Positions 32,301-42,900 of a DNA stretch of 61,105 nt are shown here, one piece after another. The translations under genes were made by a program, and so were the position numbers. The notes below the pieces were generated by a model. It was not told the origin of the DNA, did not search any database, and saw only the letters and a program-made list of their open reading frames with translations. The stretch's first letter is position 1. Each line of letters opens with the position of its first letter. Source of the stretch: an uncultured virus (IMG/VR IMGVR_UViG_3300020213_000018). Taxonomy: Duplodnaviria; Heunggongvirae; Uroviricota; Caudoviricetes. The stretch lies in the IMG/VR virus record IMGVR_UViG_3300020213_000018. One strand, written 5' to 3'.

Positions 32301-32411
32301 GTTAGCCTCACTTAAAGAATCAAATTCTTTAGTTTTTCGTTCATCGTTAATATAATATGCAACATTATATTTACCTGAGTTTTTATTGGTTACCATTTCA
32401 GTGTTTTCCAT
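26388..32411 (-). CDS. polyvalent protein with Strawberry-notch-type SF2 helicase
   Basis: GDMVGVGKGRVAAG, LLTYSQ, MDESHNASG, LSATFAKRP, SGSTGAS, QKRGRTNRTGQ. Confidence 0.88.
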   Translation of the reverse strand: MENTEMVTNKNSGKYNVAYYINDERKTKEFDSLSEANEWAKKNHNDWSNVYFTKGTFNSTKAYYTYREGVAKQLFNSGGEFMETTDADGLTMREYKKEIESLKGQIDYSEEKIRLTDEVWEKKEYQSVINNTKERIKEVEDILERINKIKSNMETGGGVSDINNDTVNIYGDLTQKDVNKSILEAKKNKESTENDYLVLYNEHENSIDVRQKIEFMQFPENYRNNYIVVFNTTENTKNKNDMKTQKMDDGGLINTEDMTVDKSNPLSEPSIQNADISTQEYVPKSLVCETIDTVAPVSMLYDMNRSLTEIDREVRGIDDYVRVKLGYSDMMAMCRAFSAEQVDAIANAIYQIEKGQALIVGDMVGVGKGRVAAGIIRYAKKIGKTPIFFTAKTNLFSDIYRDLISIGSDDGIPLSYAGKEIDVVKEATITSIKEKIIDDIEDGDFELDYDEDKLFTKGYKKETDECVEEYRDLYFNSTVVKKVQYIRNEDYAKQTKKSTRLVPFIVNGKKDKTHIKDENGDILYEGISNTKPDFKLKKIFESRDLPKGYDVVLLTYSQVNSPSKAINKIQWLNSVGNDSIVIMDESHNASGSSQTGAFLQNFIKQTSGVCFLSATFAKRPDNMPIYAMKTAIQDAEMNNDTLVSAILKGGVALQEILSSELVSEGQMLRRERSYEGVIVNYNYLDERMLDRDVPLPSFNLKESHEAVCDKVTAIVRRIIDFQKEHVNTILEKIDKDLRIEQRKLVQEEGVKEAGINNTPPFSGIFNLINQLLFSIKADAVADFAITRMKEGKKVIIGFGNTLESFLDYLIKENEDKIKTDFSIILKRRLEKVLQYTITNAEGETTKEALNPDDYPIMGEEYNSILNDINKASTGISISPLDKILDRIKAAGFTVGEVTGRKKYVEFLPDGKYGIVKSRRIETTNDLFRKFNNNDLDCLLINQSGSTGASAQAIKSKKAYIINYNDDGTPIIPKSLEPKNEVKQRVMIILQAELDVNTEVQKRGRTNRTGQVFKPIYDYVISSIPAEERLMMMLQKKLKSLDANTTSNQKQSKKLLDVVDFLNVYGDEKVVEYLKSNPIVNELTGNILKFDLGLPTESTKKITDKAHKVSGRIAILPVEMQSDFYKTVSETYQHLEQQLKSSGEWNLEVENMSLDAKTIDKDPVTVGNPNKSSVFSEAVFLEKCEVNNLRKPYKQSEVVNMVDQSLTLTDNEGRVKKFTSDEKTGYILQKLYDYIETNEKSELEYITKRMQEDITSASEAPSLDKLKKDERKTIVDEKTKKITEEFEKHIEGNKISYKYIRQLVEGHLKFFYPKRLIAYPLANYEVSGQVVECVCLGIDVNFKAGNPFAPSGMTLKLCLPNGMRMLKFPLSDSFVSVIKAATNSKYEIRDSNEREADAFIDNWDKLTKESQSNRVTRYIVTGNILKGYGNPDYRIGGKLISYTTDKGTIKKGILLPDNFDVSDVRVQVPINRLISYIMGMRDGQTMQLVGEYVTFQSRGEFIYLILSTKNNPYIDIKNDNDINNIAFNTEFEKKSGHWQNQFESVAIKKLLNILWDKYKMNASVTQTVFEGLKSQFDIEEKEHGTTDGTEELIKKHNALLEEYERSKKFTPISEKELNKMDELEKDNYELKKRVAELEALRRIYKMSRMMNDDIRKRKREAEDAAKSTEQMEDGGSIDSDRRFTEGDYNKLIQSGGFSGRWSGYVWEIYNADGGGKVLGKFNPHKNTLFIAGKKDKTNLLVEWLQKNSFVSSDEYYKLKDGGGIGEVIAGDEFYDTRYDKKGQITSVDNGLVSWKYFNKTGTEFENDSVNSLVKNQFDYLVSSGAYQLRKKESSNSVDKNGLKYALSEHISSGTIGNVTGYSKYKDIDSVRFYAVNILNRDGDKPYSLDALNEILLQAKKEWEKNNITKKEDGGGVSKEINKISDTEHDDSFQLVTNSQDLNEIYKTHAPKFLTEKNDITDRLYSEGIGGAFVEFVNDDVNRLFVFEGDIPDLSKPLFQIYPVDEYFG

Positions 32412-32428
32412 GTGTTTACATCAATTAA

Positions 32429-32436
32429 CAAAATTA
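32429..32436 (-). promoter_or_regulatory. possible TAnnTTTG -7 box
   Basis: TAATTTTG 18 nt upstream of the helicase ATG; could be chance in AT-rich DNA. Confidence 0.3.
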
Positions 32437-32455
32437 ATAAAATTTACAACTTTTT

Positions 32456-35400
32456 TTAAATATACTTTTGCGTTCTTTTGAATAATTCATCGAAAGTATC
32501 AACAACCTTTGTTGAAAAGGGTTCGAGTAATGGCTTATCCTTGTCCTCTAATGGATAAAAACCCTCTGCGACTGATTTTTTACCCGCAATCAGGATAATT
32601 CTTATCGGGTAGGTAGTGCCTTGCCGACCATAAAGCGTACCGTTCACATTAATTACATCATCCAAGTAGTATTTTTTAAATAAATAGGACAAAAACGCTC
32701 TATCTTTTTTACTTCTTATCCTTCCTTCGGTATCAAATTCAGTATGACCACCGATAATAAATGCAATTTTTGCTTTGTCTTTCAAATAAGTTAACGAGTG
32801 TACAATAATTTGTTGCTCCAATCCTGTTATATGAAAGCCATCAGCGACTATATCACTTTTTGTAGTAGCGAAAGGTGGATTAGCTAATAATCCATCAAAC
32901 TTATAGTCGAAATTAAATTTTTTGTTGGCATCCTGATTTAAAATCAGCTTATAATTTTCTTTAATAAGGTTGTTGTATCGGTGCATATCCAATTCGTTTA
33001 CAACAAAGTTTTTCGGATTCCCCGAAATTGTTAAAGCCCCATTTCCTGCACACGGCTCGAAAAATGTTTTATCAGATATTTCGTTAATTCCAACGTACAC
33101 ACCCATTAAATAAGCCATTGGCACAGGTGTACTAAATTGTCCCAACTCAACCGATGTTGATGTACGATGTGTACTATAAGGCTGATTACTGTAAAGAGAA
33201 ACCATTTTGTAATAGGCTTCTTTCACGTCAGGATATTTTTTTGATATTTCACGACCAACGAAAAGAACGGCATATTCAGTTAACTCACGGACTTTACGTT
33301 TATCTTCAAATCCAAATTCTTTTTCGGCAATTGTTTCAATGGATGTTTTACTCTTGAAATCTTTGCCGTCGTAAATTAACTGTACTACACGTTCAATGAA
33401 TAAGTCTTCTTTTGTTTTACCACTTTCGTCGGTAGCTTTATACTTCAACAAACTAATTAAATACCTCATTCGTTGTTTCAATCTTAACTGTTCAACAACA
33501 TCATCATCTGATAGAACTTGTCCACCATCATCAAAACGAATATCAGTATTACCTACATCAAAGTTTGTGTTAGTGCCGTCTGTGATATTTGATTTTTTAC
33601 CGTTAGGGGAGATTAATCCGCCTTTAGCATAATCATCAAAATCACACTCCATACCACCACCTTTTTTACTAAACACGTATTCAATTGCTGAATGACGAAT
33701 GAAATACACGGTATTATTGTCTTCATCTTTTGATTTAAAGAACCTTACGTGCCAATCTTTTGTAATTGGGAAATCACGACTATAACCTAATCTTTGTTCT
33801 ATTACTAATCGGTCTTCTTTATTTACGTTCTCTATAAACGTATCGTATTTAATTTCTTTTTCGTTGTCAATAATTTCTTCCAAATCAGATAACACAGGAT
33901 AACCAACGCAATCTGAATAAAAACGAAGGTCGTTAATTTTTTTAGTTTGTTTGTATGGCATAATTTGTTTATCAGCAGGTAGGACAATACTCTTATGATA
34001 CCATTGTCCGTTTATTTTAAATTGAGTTTCTGTTTCGTCTTGTATTTTACCAATATGTGAGTATTTGCCTTTACCTAACTCTCCGCCATCTTCATAAATT
34101 AATGATTCTATTAAATTTTGTTTTTCAACTGTTTGTTTTACTCCGTTAAGATGGTCAACTTCATGTTGCCAAACACGAGCGTAATATCCCGTATGACTTT
34201 CATCACTTACTTTTTTTCCTTCAATATCATAATAAGAAACAACAACCTTGTAACTTCTTTCTGAAACTATTATTTTTCCTTTATGAGATAAACAGCCCTC
34301 ATCAAATTTATTTTTATCACCAACATACTTATCAATTTTTGGATTAATAATTAACTTCCAACCTAAAGGACTATTGTATGCGAATACTCTTACTAAAAAA
34401 GGTTTACTATTAATAGTTACTTGATTAGCTGATAAACCTACCGCACCCGAAACTGATTTTGCAAATTCTAAAAAAGAATCAAGTTCGTTTTTACTATTTT
34501 TAATAAAATCATTTACATCACCAATTACAGGAACGTTAGGTGTTTGGTGGTTAGGTGTAATTTCAAACTTGAAGTTATCTAATTGTCCGCCATCTTTATA
34601 GTCTAATTCTTCAAATTCACCTTCATCTTTTTTATCAAAAACTCCTTCTTCCATTGCAGAATCAATTGAATGTTTTATATCGTCAAGTTCTGAATTAATA
34701 TCATTCTCAAAATAAATTTCAGACACATTACTATCAGAAACATCGTAAGTTAAATAGCCTATTAAATCAGGATGTTTAGATTTACTTCGCCTGTATTTAA
34801 AATCACTTATAAAATCACGATTATCCTTATAATAACTACTATTACTATCAATAATGTGTATAGAAATAAAACCATAAATATTTCTTACTTCGTTTTTCCA
34901 ATTTGGATTAATTGATTCATTTTCTTCCCAAGTAACATTTCTACCTAAATTAACATAATCCATTTTAAAGAAATGGTCTGATACTCTAAATTGAATAAAC
35001 CCATCTAAATACGGAACGAGAGCGTAAAACGTAGAACCAAGAAAGGCAGCATTTTTCCATTCTTTTGCAATAGATTTTACGTAATCCTTAACCCCTGTTT
35101 CTAAACTTTCAACATTTTCTTTTTCTTCTCTCTCAGATTCCTCTACCGATGTTTCAATATCATCGCTTTTTAAATCTTCACGGTAGCCTTCATCAATTAA
35201 TTCATAAACACTTTTGTCTTCATAATATTCATTGATAGGGAAATCTTCTATTGTTTCATATTCTGAATCAAGTTCGTAAACAAATTTATAAGTGTTTGTT
35301 TGTATTTGTAGCGACTTAGAAACGCCATAAGTCATTGAATCAGGAATGGATGGATTATTATATTCCGCTTCTGCATCCGATTTATCAATTCCATGATAAA

Positions 35401-36967
35401 TACATTCAGAATCTCTTTCTGTATTCAAATCTACATAATAAATATCTAAACTATATTCGTTGTCGCCTATATCGCCACCATTTTCAAATTTATCAATAGA
35501 AGTAAATATTTTACCATCACGAATATCTATAAAATTAGTGACCTGCTTTTTATTTTCACGTTCAATATTATATATTGTTCTACTTGCGCCTCTTCTTCCT
35601 GAACTTAATCGTGTTGATAATATTTTATCCGTTTGGCGTAAATCTTTATCATTTGCCTCCATCCGTACTTTGTAATATTCAATACCATCTTCTTCTTTAA
35701 AGTATTTCTTTCTATTAAGTGAAAAATCAATGTCTTTTAACGCTCGACTTAAACCTAATAAACCTTTGTATGGCGGATAATGTAAATGTATTTCATTAAA
35801 CATTCTATCACGATTTGTAACTGAATGGTCTGATATTCTAACTTTTAAACCACCAATAGAAAAATCATCTACTTTATCTTTTGAAACGTATAAATAATTA
35901 CTATTACCAAAATCTGTTTTTGAATAACTAACATTAGATACAAAATATCCATTACTTTCTATTTCTTTTTTAACCTCTAAGGTATAATTATCCATATTTT
36001 CATTAGATGGATTAGAATAAACACTACCACCATCAACAAAATCAATATCTCCACCGTCTTGTTTTTTCAAAGGATTATGCCCCCATATTAATAACGAAGT
36101 ATGTTTCCTTGTTTTATTACCCTTATCATCAAGTAACTTGCCTTTATTACCACTCATTCTGCTAATAAAAGATGTCTGTCTTTTAGCCCAACCCCACATA
36201 GTAGGTGTCCATTCATCTCTGTTAGTTTTTTTCATCTTCATAATCCACCTTGCACTTTCCCTTCCTGAATTAATACCAAGCTCATTAGCTTGCGTTGAAG
36301 ATAAACCCGCTTCTTTACCTTCTTGCGTATTGTAAAATTTTTCAAGTTCAGAAAAAGACATATTTACCAAACCCTTCCATTTTGAATAAATCTCATCTTT
36401 ATCATCATCATTTAAAGAACCGCCTTTGTCAAAACGAATATCAGGATTACTACCGTCAAAAGTAGTGTTAGTCCCATCTGCGATTTTTATTTGGTTTGGC
36501 TCAAATGCTACAAAATGCTTATCTGATTTTTCGTCAAGAACCAATCTTTCCACTTTTATTTCAATTCCATCATTTTTTATAAAATTGTTTGAATCAAAGT
36601 TTTTATAATCGTAATCAAAATCAGAATAAGTTTCACTTTTTATTTTATATGGATTTTTTATATTTAAAAAAACTTTAATAACTTTTTTGCCATAACTTCC
36701 TTTTTCATTATGATTAGAAAAATAAAAGCCAAAATATGCAGTTCGCCAACCAGATTGATTTCCTAATTTTTCTTTATCAAAAATTGTAAACTTGTTGTCT
36801 GTTCTATGAAATACAACTAAAGGCTCACCATTTTCATCAACAACTTTACTTGCTGTTTCGGGAGAGTTAATCCAATCCCCGAACCAAGAAATAAATTCAG
36901 GAGTACGAACAAGTTTGTGTTGAACCTCATTCAGATTTGATTTTTTACCGTTTGGTGCTAATAACAT
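32456..36967 (-). CDS. polyvalent protein: ART-PolyVal + DUF3140 + RxSDH modules + peptide deformylase + N6-adenine DNA methyltransferase
   Basis: WFGDW..SKVVDENGEPLVVFH..NQIK..DIRF; LVNMS..GRESA..WGHNP; GLSANQ/EGCLS/HEVDH; GQFSTP/EPCAGNG/NPPF. Confidence 0.85.
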   Translation of the reverse strand: MLLAPNGKKSNLNEVQHKLVRTPEFISWFGDWINSPETASKVVDENGEPLVVFHRTDNKFTIFDKEKLGNQSGWRTAYFGFYFSNHNEKGSYGKKVIKVFLNIKNPYKIKSETYSDFDYDYKNFDSNNFIKNDGIEIKVERLVLDEKSDKHFVAFEPNQIKIADGTNTTFDGSNPDIRFDKGGSLNDDDKDEIYSKWKGLVNMSFSELEKFYNTQEGKEAGLSSTQANELGINSGRESARWIMKMKKTNRDEWTPTMWGWAKRQTSFISRMSGNKGKLLDDKGNKTRKHTSLLIWGHNPLKKQDGGDIDFVDGGSVYSNPSNENMDNYTLEVKKEIESNGYFVSNVSYSKTDFGNSNYLYVSKDKVDDFSIGGLKVRISDHSVTNRDRMFNEIHLHYPPYKGLLGLSRALKDIDFSLNRKKYFKEEDGIEYYKVRMEANDKDLRQTDKILSTRLSSGRRGASRTIYNIERENKKQVTNFIDIRDGKIFTSIDKFENGGDIGDNEYSLDIYYVDLNTERDSECIYHGIDKSDAEAEYNNPSIPDSMTYGVSKSLQIQTNTYKFVYELDSEYETIEDFPINEYYEDKSVYELIDEGYREDLKSDDIETSVEESEREEKENVESLETGVKDYVKSIAKEWKNAAFLGSTFYALVPYLDGFIQFRVSDHFFKMDYVNLGRNVTWEENESINPNWKNEVRNIYGFISIHIIDSNSSYYKDNRDFISDFKYRRSKSKHPDLIGYLTYDVSDSNVSEIYFENDINSELDDIKHSIDSAMEEGVFDKKDEGEFEELDYKDGGQLDNFKFEITPNHQTPNVPVIGDVNDFIKNSKNELDSFLEFAKSVSGAVGLSANQVTINSKPFLVRVFAYNSPLGWKLIINPKIDKYVGDKNKFDEGCLSHKGKIIVSERSYKVVVSYYDIEGKKVSDESHTGYYARVWQHEVDHLNGVKQTVEKQNLIESLIYEDGGELGKGKYSHIGKIQDETETQFKINGQWYHKSIVLPADKQIMPYKQTKKINDLRFYSDCVGYPVLSDLEEIIDNEKEIKYDTFIENVNKEDRLVIEQRLGYSRDFPITKDWHVRFFKSKDEDNNTVYFIRHSAIEYVFSKKGGGMECDFDDYAKGGLISPNGKKSNITDGTNTNFDVGNTDIRFDDGGQVLSDDDVVEQLRLKQRMRYLISLLKYKATDESGKTKEDLFIERVVQLIYDGKDFKSKTSIETIAEKEFGFEDKRKVRELTEYAVLFVGREISKKYPDVKEAYYKMVSLYSNQPYSTHRTSTSVELGQFSTPVPMAYLMGVYVGINEISDKTFFEPCAGNGALTISGNPKNFVVNELDMHRYNNLIKENYKLILNQDANKKFNFDYKFDGLLANPPFATTKSDIVADGFHITGLEQQIIVHSLTYLKDKAKIAFIIGGHTEFDTEGRIRSKKDRAFLSYLFKKYYLDDVINVNGTLYGRQGTTYPIRIILIAGKKSVAEGFYPLEDKDKPLLEPFSTKVVDTFDELFKRTQKYI

Positions 36968-36979
36968 AAATTAATTTTT

Positions 36980-39900
36980 TTAGTTTTTTGACTTTAACCA
37001 TTCCTTCCAATGTATTCCATAAACAGACATCATTTGACCTCTTACGTTACCATAAGAAATATCATCAGGATTACCCACATTTAATTCGGATAATGTTTTA
37101 CCGTATGATAATACAAGTAATTCTTTTCTCACTTCGTTTGGAATTATTTGCTTACTACTAAAAGTTGAAATTTCATACCAACTTCTATCAAGACCTCTTA
37201 CCGTTTTAATATATCGGGTATCAATATCAATATCGTAAGTTTTTTTGAAATACTGTTTTAATGCAGTACCTAATGCTCTTGGATTATCAATTTCTCCACC
37301 TTCACCATAACTAATATTTCCACCGTCTTTATACATAAATCCTTCGTCAGCCATACTGTAATAACTACCTTCTGTCGGCACGATAATCTGACTATCCAAT
37401 AAATTAATGCTAACTAATTTCAAGGCTTCTTTTAATTGTTTTGTGAATTTTATATCAGCATCACTTGGTTTAATATTTCCTGACGGATGGTTATGAGCAA
37501 CAATAACGCCTGATGCCAATGCTTTACTTGCTGTTGCTAAAATTATTGATGAATCAACCACAGTACCCGCAATACCACCTTTACTTAATTTATTATATCC
37601 TTTTATTTTATTTTGTCTATCGAGATAAAGAACAATAAATTCTTCCTGAATATTTATTGCGTTTTTATCCCATAATTTCCAAAAATAATCGTATGAATCT
37701 TTACTCGATGAAATTTTATCGGAAGGAATATCCGTGTCTTTAAATATTAATTCAATTTCACGAACTGTTTTTATTTTTTTAGTTTTTTTATCGTCATCAG
37801 TAATAGCATTAACGTCATCAACATTACCTTCGTCTTCAATCACAACAGCAGGTAGTGGTTTTGCATACGGAACAACATCACCACCTTTAGCGTATTGTTC
37901 ATCTAACTCAAACTCATTATTCAACTGCCTTGTTGTTGCTGTTATATCTGTATCACCTTTTATGTCTTTTAAAAAATAACCATATTCATTAGAATGGCTC
38001 TTAACCTCATAATGATTATAACCATTTCTTAAATTTTTACGTTTCACTTTTTTTCCAATCCACTCATCAACACCGCCACCTTTAGCGTAGGTATTAGCGG
38101 GTTGAAAATTAGTTCCGTTAATCATGTCTTTTGCATAACTTAATTTATCTGCATTATCAACATGGATACCGTTCTTAAAAATACCCCAAACTCTAAGACC
38201 TGATATATCAGAAAATTCACTTTTAAAATATTTCTTTACAGTAAAAACATTATCACCAATTTTTGTTTCGTAATATATTTTATCGTAAAAACCATCTTCA
38301 CCAATAGTACCACCTTTAGCCATAGCACCATGCTTGTAAGCATTTATTGTTTTATCATCCATTGGTTTACCACCGTCTATGTGAGCCATTGCTTGTTGAA
38401 TAGTTGTGAAGCTGTAATCCTCAACCATAAACAAATTATCATCATCCGAGAATTTGGTAATCGTTTCACCATTATATTCGGTTGTAGCGATAGCACCATT
38501 GTCTGTCCAAGTCAAATTACCAACACCGCCCCCGTCAACCATTTTAGCATCACCCTGTCTATCTAAATCAAGTTCATTAGTTACTTGTAAAAATAAGTTA
38601 TCAATTTTTAAAAGTGATTTTTTTATTTCATCAGACGAATCAGAAACAATATAGGTAGCATCATCACCACGAAGCAACTTAACCATTATGTAATGTGCGC
38701 CTTCTTCTTCGGATAATTTTTTTAGTTCAGTTCTACCTTTTTCTTTATCAAATAAGGAATAATAATTTTTAATCTCATCGTGTAATGAAGACCAATTTTC
38801 TTTAAGTGTTTTTTCGTTATCACTTATTTGGTCAGCACTCATATAGCTTTCTACCGCATATAAAATACCTTCATTAATAACAATAGCTCTGATAAGTTTT
38901 TTACCCCAATCATAACCTTTGTAAAAGTTACCACCTTTAGCCATAGTTTTTGTTTCAAAACCACTTTGTACATCATTAATGAAATTTTTACCTTTTTCAG
39001 TCAAAGCGTATTCGTTACGGTCATAGCTCATTGGTTTATTAAACACAATCCAATAGTCGTCAATGTAATTTTTCTTCAACAATGATTTTTTAATTGAGCC
39101 TTTAAAGCTATCCGAAGTAATCCAAATAGCCATTTCTTCATTACCATTTAAAACAGTTTTCTTAAAGTTATTGTATAAGAAAGTTGCTTCTGTTTCAATC
39201 AAATCAGGATACTTACTTAATGTTTCTGTAATTGAATTTTTAATTGATTCTTCTATGTTTTTTTCATTATCATAATCAATACTTTCAACAGATACATCCG
39301 ATTCAATATCGTATAAATCGGGGTCATTAGAAAATAAAACTAAATAAGTTCCACGATGCTCGGTAACAATTAAACTATCGAAACCCGCATCAGCCATCTT
39401 GCGAGTAAATTCATCACGAGTTTTTATATCATCGTTTTTAACCGCAGACATATACGCCTCAATGTACTCAGAGTTTTGTATTGTGTTATCACCTTTTACA
39501 TAAATTAAAGGGTTTTGTAAACGAGGTTTGATAGTTAATAATCTTCCGTTTTTAAATTTTTCCTTGTAATAATAAGAGTTTTCTAAAAAGTAAATTCCAT
39601 AACCGTACTTGTTTGTTGCTTCAAAACTTAATTCAAATGGATTAACGCCTACGGGATAGTAACGATAGAACAATGTATTATTAATTACGTTTATTTGGTC
39701 AATGTTGTTTAATTCATTATCATCAAACAACGATAATTTATCAGATAATAAACTACCACCGTTATTGTATTTTTTAGTTTCATTGTAAACCATTTTACCA
39801 CCAAATTTAAATTTTTCTTTATTTTTATCACGCATGGTCGATAACTTTTCTTTCAGTAATTCAAGATACTCGGATGTTTCAATATCATTTGGTTTTTCTT

Positions 39901-42900
39901 TAACAGTTTCTTCCATTAACTCAATTACATCATTCAAATCATTTATCTCCTGAGATTCAGTTTCAGCACCGAATGTACCATGAGCAGAATTGAAATCAGT
40001 AAACAAATCATCTGTTACACCTGCCGTCTGAGCTATACCTGTATTGATGTCAATATACATTTCACCTCTGTACAAGTTACGAACAACCCCTTCACTGTCA
40101 ATATTAACAGCCATCAAAATACTTCCTGAACCTTTTAATCCATTAGTAAACTTGGCTATATCGGGAGAAACAATTAAAATATTTCTTCTTAATTCTTTAC
40201 CTTTAGAATAAAGTGTTTTATTAGTTACTTCAAGTTTTTCAAAACCAATCTTTAACCATGCTTCAAATAAATCAATCAAAAAATGAATATTGTATGCTGA
40301 TGCTTCACCTTTATACAATGATACAACACACTTTTCTGTAACTATGCCATAATAGTTAACATTCTTTAATGTTTTTAATGACATAATAATTTTTTCAACC
40401 GCTTCACGATTCAATGTAATAACATCCGAATATTTTGTTGGTATTACCGCTTCATATTTAGGATACTTCATGTCTTTTTTACCAACTAAATATTTACTAC
40501 GTTTAGCATATTGACCGCTTTCTGATGCGATTTTACCATAACCATAAATACCAATTTTATCAGTTTTTCCTTTAATGAACATTAATCTATGAGCATCGGT
40601 AGATGTAGCACCGTTATTATCAAAATTAATGGATGCCATTATAGGACGTAAATCATCATTACTAAAAAACGGTTTCATTATTTTAACTAAATAATCACTA
40701 CTTGGGTCAATCTCATAACTTAATTGTTTTGGTAATTTACCGATATAAACCATTCCTTCGGGTAATAATTCGTACAATCCTTTTGCTTTATTTTTACCGA
40801 TATTAGATTTTACTAACGAATTAAAGAATTGATTTAAGTTAGTCAATGTATATTCAACATCAACAAATTCTTTAAGTAAATGGTCTTTGTAATTCGGTAA
40901 TTTTTCAACTTGTAAATTTAACCAATCAGTAAGCATCAACGGATAACGACAAATCACTTCACTAAACCATGCGTAAAATATTTCCCAAATTTCATTTTCA
41001 AAACGTTCTTTCCAATATTTGTTACGATTATCATTATGCTCAATATATTCTTTATATTTTAAATCAATTGAAATTATGTACAGGTTAGATAATTCATCTG
41101 CTTCATTTTTAGTTAATAAGTCCGCCAATCCTTTTTCAATCTTAACTTGTGTAAATTCTTCCTTAACTTCCTGTTCAGTTTTCAAACTTAAACGACCTTC
41201 CATAACATTATAATTCTTTTCGTCATCGAACATATCCACTACATTATAAGTATGATGCGGTTTCCATTTTTCACTATCTCTTACAAATGTTGATTCACCT
41301 TTAATATGACCATATTCATAATTAATATTTTTTAAATCTTCGCTAACAATAGAAACCTGTACCAAATCACCATCTTTAAATTTAGGTTCAGGCGTATAAT
41401 AACTACCGAACTTATATTTATCACCATACTCATAGATTGACCAATCGAAATTAGCATCAACTTTTTCTTTTAAGTAATCCATTAAGTCATCAGTTTCAGG
41501 ATTATAGTCGCTATCATTATGTCCACCATAAATAGTAACATAACTTATTGTTCCTTCATTCGGATAATCTTTGAACCAAACTTTATTTTTTATGTAAGTT
41601 TGCGAAGGATTATTAGTTACACCCGCCTTCTTAATCATTTTTTCAAGTTCATACAAATAGTCAAAACCTATATTTCTTTCTGCTAAACCTTCGCTCTTTT
41701 CTAATACAATTGGATAATTAATTTTAACTCCTTCAAGTTTATTTTCTTCATCGGTAGCATCTTTTCTAATTTGCTCTTGCAGCGATTCACCTAAATCACC
41801 TGATTTTAATTCAGCTAATGATTTCTCAGCCCGTGAAATTACTTCGTCTTTTGTTTCGTAACGACCTAAAGGGATAACGATAAGTTCTTTATTGTATCTT
41901 ATGTTAGCACCGTAACCATCTTTACCGCTTTCAAATTTAGCTTCTGTATATTCAATACTTCCTTCTTCTTCGGTTTGTTTTTTAATTGACAGAGCAGATT
42001 CATTTATCAATTTATTCAATTCTGTTTCAGATTGATTTTGGTATTTATTAATCAATTCACCCGTATAGTCAGCTAAAGTAGTTGTATTATTTTCATTTCC
42101 TTTTGCGAAATAAATTAATTTATATAAATCATTAATAGCCATCCAAATATAATCCTGTTGAGTTGCTTTTTCGGGATTTTTATCAATAATAAATCTCTGC
42201 ACAAAATCTTGCAACAACACTTTATGTGATTTATTTTCCAAACCATCAAATGTGTTTTTAGCTTGTTTAAATAATGCGATATGCTCTAAGAACACTTCAC
42301 CACCTTCGATAGCACCAACTTCAATAGCACGTTCAAGTTGTTCAAATCCAAAAGAATCCAAACTAACTATATACAATAATTGATTAGCATAAAATCTCTC
42401 ATACTTTTCATCTTCCAAATCAGAAATGGTATATTGTAAGGCTTCGGCAAAAAACGCCAAATTATCTCTACGGTCTTTTCCTTCTAACTGAGCGATATTA
42501 TCTGCAATTTCGATAGTACGCTTTAAATCAACACCAAGACTTCTCTCAACCGCTCTATTATACATTGTAAGTTCAGTTACAGAAAGTTCTTTTGCTAAAT
42601 CACTCATATTTGCTTTACTCTCCACCTCACTTACAGGGATAAGTGAAACACCTTCCTTTTGGGGTTCTACCTTAGATTGGTTTGGTTCTGTGGGGTTGGT
42701 TATTTTTTGCTGATAGCCTTCTTCTAAAAACATATTATCAAAAACCTTGTTCTCCTTTGCTGCCTTTAAGTCTTTTTTTGAAGATTCAATGACCCTATCT
42801 CTTTCAAAACCAATCCAATTTCCCCTTTTCTCCATAGAAGATTTAACACCTGTGTAATAATCCCTTATGTATTCTTCTCTTGATTGTGCGTTATCTACTA

